Of a stretch of 64,000 nucleotides of DNA, positions 9,922-20,310 are shown piece by piece. The stretch lies in contig CAVSGI010000009.1 in the NCBI GenBank assembly GCA_963727445.1, positions 512,001 to 576,000 on the forward strand. The letters are read 5' to 3'. The position numbers and the translations under genes were made by a program. Under the pieces are notes generated by a model that worked only from the letters and a program-made list of their open reading frames with translations, did no database searches and had not been told where the DNA came from. Source of the DNA: an uncultured delta proteobacterium (lineage in GTDB: Bacteria; Myxococcota_A; Polyangia; Polyangiales; B10-G4). The number at the start of each line of letters is the position of its first letter. The first letter of the stretch is position 1.

Positions 9922-12174
9922 TCACTCGCCGGGCTGGCGCCCGTGGTCGGTGATCCGCTCGGGATGCGCGCGCATCTCGTCGAGATCGGTGCGCGGGATC
10001 GTCGAGTCCAAGAGCGGCCACATCGGCTTGACCGTGACCGTGCCGAGGTAGACGCGGTTGTCGCCGACGTCCTCGCCGGCGGTGACCGGCCAGCGCTCGC
10101 CGGTCGAGGGGTTGTAGACGCCGAGGAGCACGCGGTACTCGCCGGGCGGGTAGCCGGGGGGCACCTGCACCAGCACCCGGTTTTCGATGATGTCGCCCTC
10201 GCGCCAGCGATCGGCCGGGTACATCCAATCGCCGGGGATGTGATCGTAGCTGATCCGCGCGTCGTCGGATTCGATGTGGAGGAAGAAGTGGGTGTCGGCG
10301 CTCTTGGGGCCGGGGACGCGCCACCAGGTCGTGCAGAAGAACTCGTGCCGCTCGATGGTCTCGGTCTCCATCTCCGAGCCGAGGAGCTCGAGGTCGCCGC
10401 CGAAGGTCGCGGTCGTGCCGCCGATGTTCTCGGGCGGCGCGTCGAAGACCACTTCGCGCGGGATCTGGTCCCAGAGATCGCGCCGGCGGAAGAGCGAGAG
10501 GTAGTAGACGCTCGAGCGCGGCCAGGTGCGGACGTGCACGTACTTCTGCTTGAAGCGCTGGTCGTAGACCCCGAACTGATGCGGGTTGTGGGCGATGAAG
10601 GGCTCGAGGGAGCGCGGCGTGGGATCGCGTGCGTAGCGTTCGGAGACCGACGCGGCCGAGCCGCCGGGGATGTAGGTGGTGAGGATCGCCCACTCCGGAT
10701 TGCGCTCGTGGAAGTAGTCACGCATCTCCGCTTCCCACTCGGGCTTGAATCGATCGGCTTCGGTGGCCGCGAAGGCGTGCAGGCCGTAGCGCGCGCGGGC
10801 GTGGGCGATGGTGTAGTCGGTGAGACCGATGAAATCGAGGTAGCTCAGGTCCTGTGAGTGGTAGGGCGTCGAGCCCATGTCCTGGAAGGCGACGAGGCCG
10901 CCCGGGCGCTCGTGGCGGACGATGAACTTGCCCATGTCCGGGTGATAGGTCCCCGAAAGATCGCCCCGGCCGTTGAAGCCCGCCATGGACGTGTAGCTGT
11001 AGCCGAAGCTCGCGCCGGCGCCGCCGAGAGCGATGCCGGTGCAGACGACGGTCGCGGCGATGCGCGCCGTCTTGCGTTGCTTGAGCGCCGCGGTCGCGAC
11101 GGCCCAGAGGTTTCTGAGGCCGAAGCCGCCGAGCATCGCCAGGAAGGGAAGCGCCGGCAGGTAGAGGCGATACCAGCGCATCTCGTCGGCGCCGACCTTG
11201 ACGATGTAGGCCATGAAGCTCGCCGCGATCACCGCCATCACCGCCTTCTGCACGGTGTGGCGCCTGTCGATGAAGGCGAGGGGCGCGAGGAGCGCGAGGG
11301 CGCCGATGCCGTTGAAGGCGAGCATGTCGTAGAGCGTCCGGAGGCCGGTCTCGACGATCAGGAAGCTGCTGCTCGTCTTCACGTAGTAGGGGTTCGGCAA
11401 CAGGCCGCCGAAGTACAGGTAGCGGAAGAGGTGCACCGGCGCGGTGATCGCGAGCAGGCCCCCGATCCACAGGAGCGTCACCCGGTCGAGCTTCCTCGCT
11501 TTGATCGATCGCCACAGGACGGGGGCGCTCATGATGATGCCGATGAGGTGCACCTCGGGGCGCGTCAGGCAGCCGAGGCCGAGGACGATGCCGGCCCAAA
11601 GGGCGTACTTGTTGCTGCTCTTGCGCAGCGCTTCGAAGGTGAGAAAGAAGGCGAGGGTGGGGAGGAGCGTCCCGAGGGGACCTTCCATGCCGCTCGTCGC
11701 CCAGAGCGTCGCGGTGCTCGAGCACGAAAGCCAGATCGCCGCGTAGACGTGGCCGAGGCTCGCTTCGAGGCCGTAGGCGCGACGGTGGATCATGGCCATC
11801 AGCCAGAGCACCGTGGCGAGCATCAGCGTGCCGAGGATCTCGAAGACCTGGAAGAGGTCGAGACCGAGGGCCTCGAAGGGCAGGGCGACGAAGATCCACA
11901 AGAAGGTGGTCGAGCCCTCGACGCGCTCGCCGACGTTGAAGGTCAGCCCGTTGCCCAGGAGCAGGTTCTGGGCGTAGTGCCAGGTGATGTAGGCGTCGTC
12001 CTTGACGAAGTCGAGGTTGACCAGGATCGACAGGAGCAGGAAGAGCCAGGTGAAGGCGAGGGGCAGATAGAAGAGGAGCAGCTCGCGCTTCTTCTCGGGG
12101 TCTTGCCAGCGCTCGCGGAAGAACGCGCGCACCCGACCCGGTCGGCCACCCTTCTGCGCGGCCTCAGCGCTCAT
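9922..12174 (-). CDS. Polytopic GT-C-type glycosyltransferase (AftB-like motif) with extracytoplasmic C-terminal domain
   Basis: KDDAYITWHYAQNLLLGNGLTFNVGERVEGSTT, SGMEG, LTRPE, LLPNPYYVK, many TM helices; start ATG 12174, or fused to the upstream ORF (see findings). Confidence 0.82.
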   Translation of the reverse strand: MSAEAAQKGGRPGRVRAFFRERWQDPEKKRELLLFYLPLAFTWLFLLLSILVNLDFVKDDAYITWHYAQNLLLGNGLTFNVGERVEGSTTFLWIFVALPFEALGLDLFQVFEILGTLMLATVLWLMAMIHRRAYGLEASLGHVYAAIWLSCSSTATLWATSGMEGPLGTLLPTLAFFLTFEALRKSSNKYALWAGIVLGLGCLTRPEVHLIGIIMSAPVLWRSIKARKLDRVTLLWIGGLLAITAPVHLFRYLYFGGLLPNPYYVKTSSSFLIVETGLRTLYDMLAFNGIGALALLAPLAFIDRRHTVQKAVMAVIAASFMAYIVKVGADEMRWYRLYLPALPFLAMLGGFGLRNLWAVATAALKQRKTARIAATVVCTGIALGGAGASFGYSYTSMAGFNGRGDLSGTYHPDMGKFIVRHERPGGLVAFQDMGSTPYHSQDLSYLDFIGLTDYTIAHARARYGLHAFAATEADRFKPEWEAEMRDYFHERNPEWAILTTYIPGGSAASVSERYARDPTPRSLEPFIAHNPHQFGVYDQRFKQKYVHVRTWPRSSVYYLSLFRRRDLWDQIPREVVFDAPPENIGGTTATFGGDLELLGSEMETETIERHEFFCTTWWRVPGPKSADTHFFLHIESDDARISYDHIPGDWMYPADRWREGDIIENRVLVQVPPGYPPGEYRVLLGVYNPSTGERWPVTAGEDVGDNRVYLGTVTVKPMWPLLDSTIPRTDLDEMRAHPERITDHGRQPGE

Positions 12175-12985
12175 CGTCGTCCTCTTCGTCGTCGTCCTCT
12201 TCGTCGTCGTCCTCTTCGTCGTCGTCCTCTTCGTCGTCGTCCTCTTCGTCGTCGTTCTCTTCGTCGTCGTCCTCTTCGTCGTCTGTCTTCGAGCCGGTTT
12301 CCGTCGCCGCCTCACTCAGTGAGTTCGTTCCGGCGTCCTCCGGTCCCCCATCGCCGCTGGGGCCTGAGCCGTCGTCTTCAATCCTCTGCTTCGACGTGGC
12401 GAACCACCCCTTGCGGTTTCCGAGCAGTCTCAGCCCCACCGTCATCACCACCGAGATCAACAGGCCGAGGAGCCACCAGTCGAAGGGCTGGGCGAGGCTC
12501 ATGAACTTCTGGACCTTCATGTCGCTCGGCGCGATGGCGCGCGGGCTGCTGGTGCCGCTGTCGACGATGTCGAAGTAGCCAGCGTGGATGCGGTCGTCGG
12601 TGGTCGTGGCAACGCGGAAGCGGCCGCCTCGGCCGCGGTGATAGAGGCCGGTGTAGATCTCCATCCGCTGGGGATCGCAGACGGGGGAGTCCGGGATGGT
12701 GACGCGGAACTCGTGCGCGATGGTTCCGTCCTCGGCGACCTCGGGTGCTTCGTCCCGGACCATCCGGCAGGTGCTCTGCTGCGACTGGATGTGCAGGAAG
12801 ATGTGGACGTCGTCGGCGAGCGCCTCGTCCGTCCCGAAATACACAGTCACCGGCATCTCGTCGCCGACGGCCGCCTCGGCCGGGACCTCGAGCCCGTAGA
12901 AATGCGCTGAGTCTCCCACCTGGATGGCGTCATCGGCGTCGAGCCCTGCGGGCAGCACGAAGAGGAGTGCGAAGAGCGATGCCAT
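12164..12985 (-). CDS. Exported beta-sandwich domain + TM + acidic Asp/Glu tail
   Basis: Signal peptide MASLFALLFVLPAG; TM WWLLGLLISVVMTVGL; tail (DDEED)n. Confidence 0.7.
   Translation of the reverse strand: MASLFALLFVLPAGLDADDAIQVGDSAHFYGLEVPAEAAVGDEMPVTVYFGTDEALADDVHIFLHIQSQQSTCRMVRDEAPEVAEDGTIAHEFRVTIPDSPVCDPQRMEIYTGLYHRGRGGRFRVATTTDDRIHAGYFDIVDSGTSSPRAIAPSDMKVQKFMSLAQPFDWWLLGLLISVVMTVGLRLLGNRKGWFATSKQRIEDDGSGPSGDGGPEDAGTNSLSEAATETGSKTDDEEDDDEENDDEEDDDEEDDDEEDDDEEDDDEEDDDER
12174..12283. repeat. 15-bp coding tandem repeat (CCTCTTCGTCGTCGT)x~7 encoding DDEED
   Basis: Units start at 12181, 12196, 12211, 12226, 12241, 12256 (variant) and 12271 (partial). Confidence 0.9.
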
Positions 12986-13080
12986 CTGCGGGTGGCGCAC
13001 CTTAGCCAAAACGCGAAAACGTCGCCAGCCGGGGGAGGAAATCCCGCGGAGGGTCGCGGACGTAGTAGCATCTCCATCGC

Positions 13081-13753
13081 GTGCTGATCGGACATTTCGG
13101 TGCCGCGCTGGCTGGGAAAGCGGCCGCCCCCGAGCTCAGGGTCGGCACCTGCTTCCTCGCCTGCATGTGGGCGGACACGCTCTGGCCCCTGGGCCTCCTC
13201 GCCGGCGTGGAGCGCGCGCACATCGATCACCACGCGACCGTGGTCACGCCCCTCGCGCTCGATTACATGCCGTGGTCCCACAGCCTCTTGATGTCCGTCG
13301 TCTGGTCGCTCGCGTTCTTCGCCGGCGCGAAGGCGATGCGCCGAACGACGCGCGAGGCAGCGGTGCTCGGAGCGGTGGTGTTCAGCCATTTCGTGCTCGA
13401 CGTGATCACCCACCGCCCGGACATGCCCATCGCCTTCGGCGACTCCCCCCGTCTCGGCCTCGGTTTGTGGAACTCGTTGCCGGGCACCCTCGTCGTCGAG
13501 GTCGCCATCTTCGCGTTCGGCATCTTCGCGTACCTCCGCTCCACCAAGGCCCTCGATGCGCGGGGGCGCTTCGGGTTCTGGGCATTGGTCTTCCGTCTTT
13601 TCGCTCGTCTATCTCGGCAACGTCTTCGGCCCGAAGCCTCCCGAAGATCTCTCGCCGAACGTGCTGGCGCTCGGGACGCTGGGCCTGCTCGCCGTGGCCT
13701 ACGCTTGGGGCTTCTGGCTCGACCGGCATCGGGCGCCCGTCGCGCCTGCCTAG
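13081..13753 (+). CDS. Membrane-bound metal-dependent hydrolase, YdjM-like (frameshift near 13590)
   Basis: MLIGHF, PWSHSL, SHFVLDVITHRPDM; the true C-terminus VFSLVYLGNVFGPKPP..WLDRHR is in ORF 13556..13753, so the 909-aa ORF is an artefactual fusion. Confidence 0.8.
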
Positions 13754-13776
13754 CCACGCGGCGGTATCATCGCGGC

Positions 13777-15810
13777 ATGTGTCTCGCGCTGATGCTGGCG
13801 GTGGTCGCGGGTTGCTCGGGGGAGCCCGGGCCCGGCGACGCCGGCGCAGACGCCGATGCATCGGAAGACGGGAGCACGCCCACTCCCCAACAACCGTCGC
13901 CGCCCACATTGCCGACGCTCTCTCCCTGTCCAACGGGATGGGCCGAGGTCACGGGCGACCTCACGACCTGCGAGCCGTGGCCCGCATCCGCGCCGCCCGC
14001 TTGCACCGGCGCCGAGGTTCGCTTCGCCAGCCGCCCATCTTGTGAGCGCCTCGGCACGGCGTGCCCTTCGGATGGTGTACCCGTGGATGCGCCGACCGAC
14101 GCGCTTCACGTTCGAAGCGACGCTCCACCTGGAGGGGACGGCTCAGGCGCGGCGCCATTTTCCTCGATCGGTGAGGCGCTGGCGCTCGCCGCTGCCGGCA
14201 CGACGATCGCGATCGCCGCGGGGGAGTACGTCGAATCGCTCGATGTTCCGGCGGGCGTCACCCTCCTCGGGGCCTGCGTCGAGGGCACGGTCCTTCACGC
14301 GGACGAAACCCGGCTCGGCCACGGCGTGATCACCGCGACGGGCGCGGACATCGCCGTACATAACCTGACCGTTGGCGCGAGCGAGGAGGGCGGCCTCTGG
14401 ATCGTTGGCGCGGATCGCTCGATGCAGGTGAGCGACGTCTTGATCGACGGCGTGCGCATCGTGGGCGTCGAGGTGGAGAGTGGTGGCCACGTCGATGCCG
14501 AGCGTCTCGTGATCCGCGGTGTCCGACCCACGGCTTCCGGCGTGTTCGGGCGCGGCATCGGAATCGAGAGTGGATCGACGGCGACTGTCCGCAACCTCTG
14601 GGTCGAAGGGTGCACCGAGTTCGGCGTGGTTGCGTTGGGGGCGGGCTCGACCCTCTCGTTCGAGGACGGCGCCATCATCGGCACGGAGGCGACGGCGGCG
14701 GGAATGTCCGGCGCTGGGCTCGTCGCTCTCGACGGCGGCGCGATCGATGCCTCCCGCGTCGTGCTCGAGCGGAACACGGACGTCGGGGTGGCCGTATCGT
14801 CGGGAAGCATCGTGCTCCGCGACGCGCTGGTCCGCACCACGCGCCCCCGCCCGATGGCGCTCGATGAGGGCCGTGGGCTGCAGACCTCCGAGGGCCTCCT
14901 CGACCTGGCGCGGGTGACGATCGAAGACGTCTCGGACATCGGCGTGGTGGCCGAAGGCGATGCCGGCGAGCTCCGGATGATGGATGTCGCCATTCGCCGC
15001 GTTCGCTCGCGACAGAGCGACGGGGGCTTCGGGCGCGCCGTGAGCGTGCAAGACGGCGCCTCGGCGGAGCTTCAGCGCCTGCACGTGGCCGACACCCGCG
15101 AAAACGCCTTCCTGCTGGGGGGCTTCAGCCCCGTCACCGCGATGCTCGCCGACATCACCATCGTGCGCACCCAGGTCGACGAGGGGGTGGGAAACATCGG
15201 GCGGGGTATCACGGTGCAGACCGGCTCGACGGCGACACTCTCCCGGCTCCACATCGACGACGCCTACGAGTCGGGCATCGTCGTCACGGACGAGGGCTCG
15301 CACGCGGACATCACGGACCTGATCATCGAGAACGTCGAGTCGGCCTCGCGAGGCATCTTTCCCTCGGGCCGAGGCCTTCTGACCCAGCTGGGTGCGACGA
15401 CGCGCATCGCGCGCGCCCGCATCGAAAACGTCCGTGATGTCGGGATTCAGGCGATCGAGTCGGGGGCGCAGGTGACCGCCACTGACATCGTGACGCGAGG
15501 CGTGGTCGCGGCGGAGTGCGGGCCGGGCTTCTGTGCTCCCGGCGGCCAAGCCCTCGGGGCCTATGGCGGGGCAGCCATCGACATCTCGGTCTTCGATGCG
15601 AGCGACGCGATGCTCTGCGGCGTTCACGTGGCCGACCGGGGTACGGCGCACCTGCAACGAGGCGTGATCCAGCGGGCGGCGATCGGCGCGTGCGTCCAGT
15701 CGGACGCCCAGGACATCGGTGCGCTGATGGAGGACGTCCGCTATGTGGACAACGGAGTGAACCTTCAGGCCACCACCCTTCCGGTGCCGGAGCCCGCCGA
15801 CCCGCTTTGA
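13777..15810 (+). CDS. Lipoprotein with right-handed parallel beta-helix repeats (DUF1565-like start)
   Basis: MCLALMLAVVAGC lipobox; GGDGSGAAPFSSIGEAL..IAIAAGEY; repeated G.G(I/L)..V..G strands. Confidence 0.8.
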   Translation: MCLALMLAVVAGCSGEPGPGDAGADADASEDGSTPTPQQPSPPTLPTLSPCPTGWAEVTGDLTTCEPWPASAPPACTGAEVRFASRPSCERLGTACPSDGVPVDAPTDALHVRSDAPPGGDGSGAAPFSSIGEALALAAAGTTIAIAAGEYVESLDVPAGVTLLGACVEGTVLHADETRLGHGVITATGADIAVHNLTVGASEEGGLWIVGADRSMQVSDVLIDGVRIVGVEVESGGHVDAERLVIRGVRPTASGVFGRGIGIESGSTATVRNLWVEGCTEFGVVALGAGSTLSFEDGAIIGTEATAAGMSGAGLVALDGGAIDASRVVLERNTDVGVAVSSGSIVLRDALVRTTRPRPMALDEGRGLQTSEGLLDLARVTIEDVSDIGVVAEGDAGELRMMDVAIRRVRSRQSDGGFGRAVSVQDGASAELQRLHVADTRENAFLLGGFSPVTAMLADITIVRTQVDEGVGNIGRGITVQTGSTATLSRLHIDDAYESGIVVTDEGSHADITDLIIENVESASRGIFPSGRGLLTQLGATTRIARARIENVRDVGIQAIESGAQVTATDIVTRGVVAAECGPGFCAPGGQALGAYGGAAIDISVFDASDAMLCGVHVADRGTAHLQRGVIQRAAIGACVQSDAQDIGALMEDVRYVDNGVNLQATTLPVPEPADPL

Positions 15811-15865
15811 TTCAGCGGTCCCGCGGGGCTTGACGCTCGCCGTCGACGGGCCAAAAAACGGGGCC

Positions 15866-16348
15866 ATGACGATTTCCGTGGGTGACGAGCTTCCGGAGGG
15901 GACCTTCAAGGTCGTCGCCGAGGACGGGGTGAAGGACCTGACGACGGCCGAGGTCTTCGGCGGCAAGAAGGTGGTGCTCTTCGGTCTGCCGGGGGCGTTC
16001 ACCGGGACGTGCAGCAAGGTCCACCTCCCGGGATACGTGGAGAAGGCGGACGAGATCCGAGCCAAAGGCGTCGACGAGATCGTCTGCCTCGCGGTCAACG
16101 ACCCCTTCGTCATGCACGCCTGGGCGGAGGCGCAGGGGGCGACCGGCAAGATCACGATGCTCTCCGACTGGGACGCGCGCTTCACGCGGGCCCTCGGTCT
16201 CGACGTGGACATCGACGTCATCGGTCTGGGCAAGCGAACGAAGCGCTTCTCGGCCATCGTCGACGATGGGGTGGTGAGCAAGCTGGACGTCGAGCCGGGC
16301 CGCGGCGTCGTCGTGAGCGGCGCGGACGTCTGCATCAAGGCCCTCTGA
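15866..16348 (+). CDS. Peroxiredoxin (Prx5-like)
   Basis: KKVVLFGLPGAFTGTCSKVHLPG, AVNDPFVM, RTKRFSAIVDDG. Confidence 0.95.
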   Translation: MTISVGDELPEGTFKVVAEDGVKDLTTAEVFGGKKVVLFGLPGAFTGTCSKVHLPGYVEKADEIRAKGVDEIVCLAVNDPFVMHAWAEAQGATGKITMLSDWDARFTRALGLDVDIDVIGLGKRTKRFSAIVDDGVVSKLDVEPGRGVVVSGADVCIKAL

Positions 16349-16542
16349 GCCTCTGGGGAGGGGCCGCCCCCATCTCTGTCGAGATCCGGGCGATGTCACC
16401 CCTCAGGGGGGACGGCGAGGAGCGCGTACAAGCCGGGTTGATGGCGATGTCCCGGCGATCTCCACACAAAGCAACGCCGATCGCAGGTCCAGGCGCGATC
16501 GCGTAGCGTTCTTGCGTATCATCCTCCAGGTCGAAGGGGAGG

Positions 16543-19500
16543 GTGATGGCGAGTCGATGCACGAACTGGGCTGGCGTGGTCGCGACCATGCTGTGTCTCA
16601 CGGCGGGCAACCGCGCCGAGGCGCAGATCACCGACACGACCGATGACTCGGCCTCCGCGGGTGTGGTCTCGGCGCCAACGCCGTTGAGCACCGGGGTCAA
16701 CAGCGGGTTCCTCGGGATGATCGGCTCCGGTGTGTCCTTCGCATGGGATACCGACGTGAACGGAGCAACGATCCTCGACGTCACCGGCGGGGTCTGCACC
16801 GGGACCACCGACGCGGTGGTGATCTACGTCGACTCGGTTTCGGGCGGCTTCCCGGATACCTCCTCCTTCACCGACGACTCCGATCAGCTCCGCGCCGCGA
16901 TCTCGGCGGGTGGGACCACCGCCGGCGCCAACGCCTCGCCCCTCACCTTCGCCTCGGGCTTCGAGGCGGACTACGCCATCGCCTTCACCAATCCCTCGAC
17001 CGGTGGCGCGATGGCGCATTTCTACCAACTCGTCGGCGGCGGCGCGCACACGCACCTCCTGACGCTCACGGCCACCCAGGTCGGCGGCTCGGGGGTTTGC
17101 GGCGCGCTGCGGATCAGCGGCCTGACGCTGGTGCCCGGCCAGAGCTTCGACTGGTTCGCGACGCTGCTCAACGCAGACGACGCCTTTCGTTCGGACGAGT
17201 TCCAGGGCGCCTCGGTGCCCTCCGGGAACATCGGCGTCAACTCCTACGTGATGTCGAGCGGCGACTTCAACCGCTTCACCTCCATCGCGCCCGTCCTGAT
17301 CAACGAGGTCGACGCGGATCAGACCAGCATGGATACCATGGAGTTCATCGAGCTCCTGGGCCCGGCGAACACCCGGATGGATGGCCTGGTGGTCGTCGCC
17401 TACAACGGCAGCGGTGACGTCACCTACAACCTGACGCCGGCCAGCAGCGGCGTGGACCTCGACGGCGTGACCCTCGACGGCTCCGGCTACCTGGTGCTCG
17501 GCAACTCGGCCGTCAGCGGCGTCGACATCGTCTTCAACAACAACACGCTCCAGAACGGCGCGGACGCCGTGGCCCTCTATCTCGGCGACGGCAGCGACTT
17601 CCCTTCGGGCACCGCCGTCACCGCGACGAACCTGGTGGACGCCCTCGTCTACGACACGAGCGAGGCCGACGACTCGGGCCTGCTCTCGGTGTTGACGCCC
17701 TCCGGGCCTCAGGTGAACGAAGACGGGAGCCTCGGGAGCGAGACCCAGTCGAACCAGCGGTGCCCGAACGGGAGCGGCGACCCGCTCGACACCTCGGTCT
17801 TCGCGCAGAGCGATCCCAGCCCCGGCGCGGCGAACGTCTGCATCGTCTGCGGCGACGGGACCGCGGAGGGCAGCGAGGAGTGCGACGACGGCGCGGCCAA
17901 CGGGACCGCGACCTCGTGCTGCACCAGCACCTGCACCTACCGCGCGATGGGCAGCGTCTGCGGCGCGGCGGGGAGCGGCGGGTGCGATCTGGACGACACC
18001 TGCAACGCCACCGGCCTCTGCGTCTCGAACGTGGCGGCGTCAGGGACCATCTGTCGCCCGGCGGCCACCGCCTGTGACGTCGCGGAGACCTGCGACGGCG
18101 CCTCCGACGCCTGTCCGGTCAACGGGTTCGCGGCTTCCGGGACGGTTTGTCGTGTGTCCGGCGGGCTCTGCGACCCCGAGGAGACGTGCACCGGCAGCAG
18201 CGGGACGTGTCCGGGGGACACGCTTCTGGCCGCCGGGACGGTCTGTCGTCCGGCGGCGGACGTCTGCGATGCGGAGGAGACATGCTCCGGAAGCGACGCG
18301 ACCTGTCCGGCCGACAGCCTCGCGGCCTCCGGGACGGTCTGTCGCGCGGCGGCAGGGCTCTGCGACGCGGTCGAGACCTGCACCGGCGCGAGCGTCAGCT
18401 GTCCCGCCGACCTCCTCGTCCCGTCGGGCACCGAGTGCCGCGGGGCGGCCACGGTCTGCGACGTCGCCGAGGTGTGCACCGGCGGCAGTCCCTTCTGCCC
18501 TTCGGATGGCTTCGCGTCGTCGTCGACGGTGTGCCGTGCGTCGGCAGGGATGTGCGACGTGGCGGAGACGTGCACGGGCTCGAGCGCGGCGTGTCCTTCG
18601 GACGGCTTCGCGTCGTCGTCGATGGTGTGCCGTGCGTCGACGGGGATGTGCGACGTGGCGGAGACGTGCACGGGCTCGAGCGCGGCGTGTCCTTCGGACG
18701 GCTTCGCGTCGTCGTCGACGGTGTGCCGTGCGTCGGCGGGGATGTGCGACGCGGAAGAGACGTGCACGGGTTCGAGCGCGTCGTGTCCTTCGGACAGCTT
18801 CGCGTCGTCGTCGACGGTGTGCCGTGCGGCGGCAGGGATGTGCGACGTAGAGGAGACGTGTACGGGCTCGAGCGCGGCCTGTCCTTCGGACGGCTTCGCG
18901 TCGTCGTCGACGGTGTGTCGTGCCTCGGCGGGGATGTGCGACTTGGAAGAGACGTGCACGGGGTCGAGCGCGGCGTGCCCCTCCGACGGCTTTGCGTCGT
19001 CGTCGACGGTGTGCCGTGCGTCGGCGGGGATGTGCGACCTGGTGGAGACGTGCACGGGCTCGAGCGCGGCGTGCCCCTCCGACGCGGTCGCCACGTCGGG
19101 AACGGCTTGTCGGGCATCGGCCGGCGTCTGCGACATCGCAGAGACGTGCGACGGGTCGTCGGTGAGCTGCCCGTCGGATGGCTTCGTCGCCACGGGCACC
19201 GCGTGCCGCGCGTCGGCTGGTCCCTGCGACGTCGCCGAGGCGTGCACGGGTTCGAGCGCGGCCTGCCCCGCGGACGGCTTCGTCGCGGCGGGCATGACGT
19301 GTCGCGCCGCGACCGGGACGTGCGACGTCGCCGAGGCGTGCACGGGCGGGGGCGCGGCCTGTCCGGCGGATGCGCTGATGCCGGATGGCACCTCCTGCGC
19401 GGATTCGAGCTTCTGCAACGGCGCCGAGATGTGCTCCGGCGGGTCTTGCGCCGCGGGCACGCCCCCGAGTTGCGACGACTCGAACCTCTGCACGACGGAT

Positions 19501-20310
19501 ATGTGCGCCGATCCCGGTGGCTGCTCGAGCGTGGCGGTCGCCGGCTGCTGCAACGTGGACGACGACTGCGACGACTCGGACATCTGCACCACCGACGTCT
19601 GCAGCGGCCCGGGCGGTACCTGCAGCGCGAACCCGATCACCAACTGCTGCGTCGACGACGCGGACTGTGACGACGGAAACCTCTGCACCACCGACGCCTG
19701 CGATCTCACCACCAACCGCTGCATGCGGATGCCGGTGGCCGGCTGCTGCATGGCGGACGCCGACTGCGACGACACGAACCCGTGCACCGCCGACACCTGT
19801 GATGTCACCACCGGCTCCTGCACCAACGCCGACATCATGGGCTGCTGCGTCGCCGACGGCGATTGCGGCGACGGCAACACCTGCACCCTCGACACCTGCA
19901 GCATGGACATGACCTGCGCCAACGACGCCATCGCCGGCTGCTGCACGACCGACGCCGACTGTGACGACGGCGACGAGTGCACACTCGACAGCTGCGACAC
20001 CGCCACCGCGGGCTGCACGAACGACGCCATCATCGGCTGCGCGCGTGACGGTGGGGTGGCCGACGCGGGCGCAGACGCCGGGGACGCGGGCGACGCCGGC
20101 AGCGATGCAGGCGCCGATGCCGACGCTGGCAGTGATGCAGGCGGGGACGGCGCGATGGCCGACGCCGGTTTCGATGGCGGCGACGCGGGCACCATGCCCG
20201 AGGACGGGGGCTGCGGTTGCACCACGCCGGGCGGCTCGAGCGCGCCCTCCTGGTGGCTGTGTCTGCTCCTCGGTTGGGCCTTCTGGGGTCGCCGCCGTCG
20301 TCGTCGATGA
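16543..20310 (+). CDS. MYXO-CTERM cell-surface protein with lamin-tail-like domain, 14 disintegrin-like repeats and CDD.N.CT.D.C repeats
   Basis: VLINEVDAD..EFIEL (lamin-tail-like); CR...G.CD..E.C.G.S..CP.D x14; C-terminal GCGC..WWLCLLLGWAFWGRRRRRR sorting signal. Confidence 0.88.
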   Translation: MMASRCTNWAGVVATMLCLTAGNRAEAQITDTTDDSASAGVVSAPTPLSTGVNSGFLGMIGSGVSFAWDTDVNGATILDVTGGVCTGTTDAVVIYVDSVSGGFPDTSSFTDDSDQLRAAISAGGTTAGANASPLTFASGFEADYAIAFTNPSTGGAMAHFYQLVGGGAHTHLLTLTATQVGGSGVCGALRISGLTLVPGQSFDWFATLLNADDAFRSDEFQGASVPSGNIGVNSYVMSSGDFNRFTSIAPVLINEVDADQTSMDTMEFIELLGPANTRMDGLVVVAYNGSGDVTYNLTPASSGVDLDGVTLDGSGYLVLGNSAVSGVDIVFNNNTLQNGADAVALYLGDGSDFPSGTAVTATNLVDALVYDTSEADDSGLLSVLTPSGPQVNEDGSLGSETQSNQRCPNGSGDPLDTSVFAQSDPSPGAANVCIVCGDGTAEGSEECDDGAANGTATSCCTSTCTYRAMGSVCGAAGSGGCDLDDTCNATGLCVSNVAASGTICRPAATACDVAETCDGASDACPVNGFAASGTVCRVSGGLCDPEETCTGSSGTCPGDTLLAAGTVCRPAADVCDAEETCSGSDATCPADSLAASGTVCRAAAGLCDAVETCTGASVSCPADLLVPSGTECRGAATVCDVAEVCTGGSPFCPSDGFASSSTVCRASAGMCDVAETCTGSSAACPSDGFASSSMVCRASTGMCDVAETCTGSSAACPSDGFASSSTVCRASAGMCDAEETCTGSSASCPSDSFASSSTVCRAAAGMCDVEETCTGSSAACPSDGFASSSTVCRASAGMCDLEETCTGSSAACPSDGFASSSTVCRASAGMCDLVETCTGSSAACPSDAVATSGTACRASAGVCDIAETCDGSSVSCPSDGFVATGTACRASAGPCDVAEACTGSSAACPADGFVAAGMTCRAATGTCDVAEACTGGGAACPADALMPDGTSCADSSFCNGAEMCSGGSCAAGTPPSCDDSNLCTTDMCADPGGCSSVAVAGCCNVDDDCDDSDICTTDVCSGPGGTCSANPITNCCVDDADCDDGNLCTTDACDLTTNRCMRMPVAGCCMADADCDDTNPCTADTCDVTTGSCTNADIMGCCVADGDCGDGNTCTLDTCSMDMTCANDAIAGCCTTDADCDDGDECTLDSCDTATAGCTNDAIIGCARDGGVADAGADAGDAGDAGSDAGADADAGSDAGGDGAMADAGFDGGDAGTMPEDGGCGCTTPGGSSAPSWWLCLLLGWAFWGRRRRRR
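18043..19386 (+). repeat. 14 x 96-bp coding repeats (32-aa disintegrin-like units)
   Basis: GTICRP.. to ..ALMPD spans exactly 14x96 nt; the central six units are nearly identical. Confidence 0.9.

Noticed and set aside
12175..12315. N-terminal (KRTTT)n extension of the glycosyltransferase
   Set aside because: It is the alternative frame of the DDEED repeat in the upstream ORF.
13081..15810. 909-aa hydrolase/beta-helix fusion protein
   Set aside because: A frameshift near 13590 bypasses the hydrolase stop at 13753; a separate lipoprotein signal starts at 13777.
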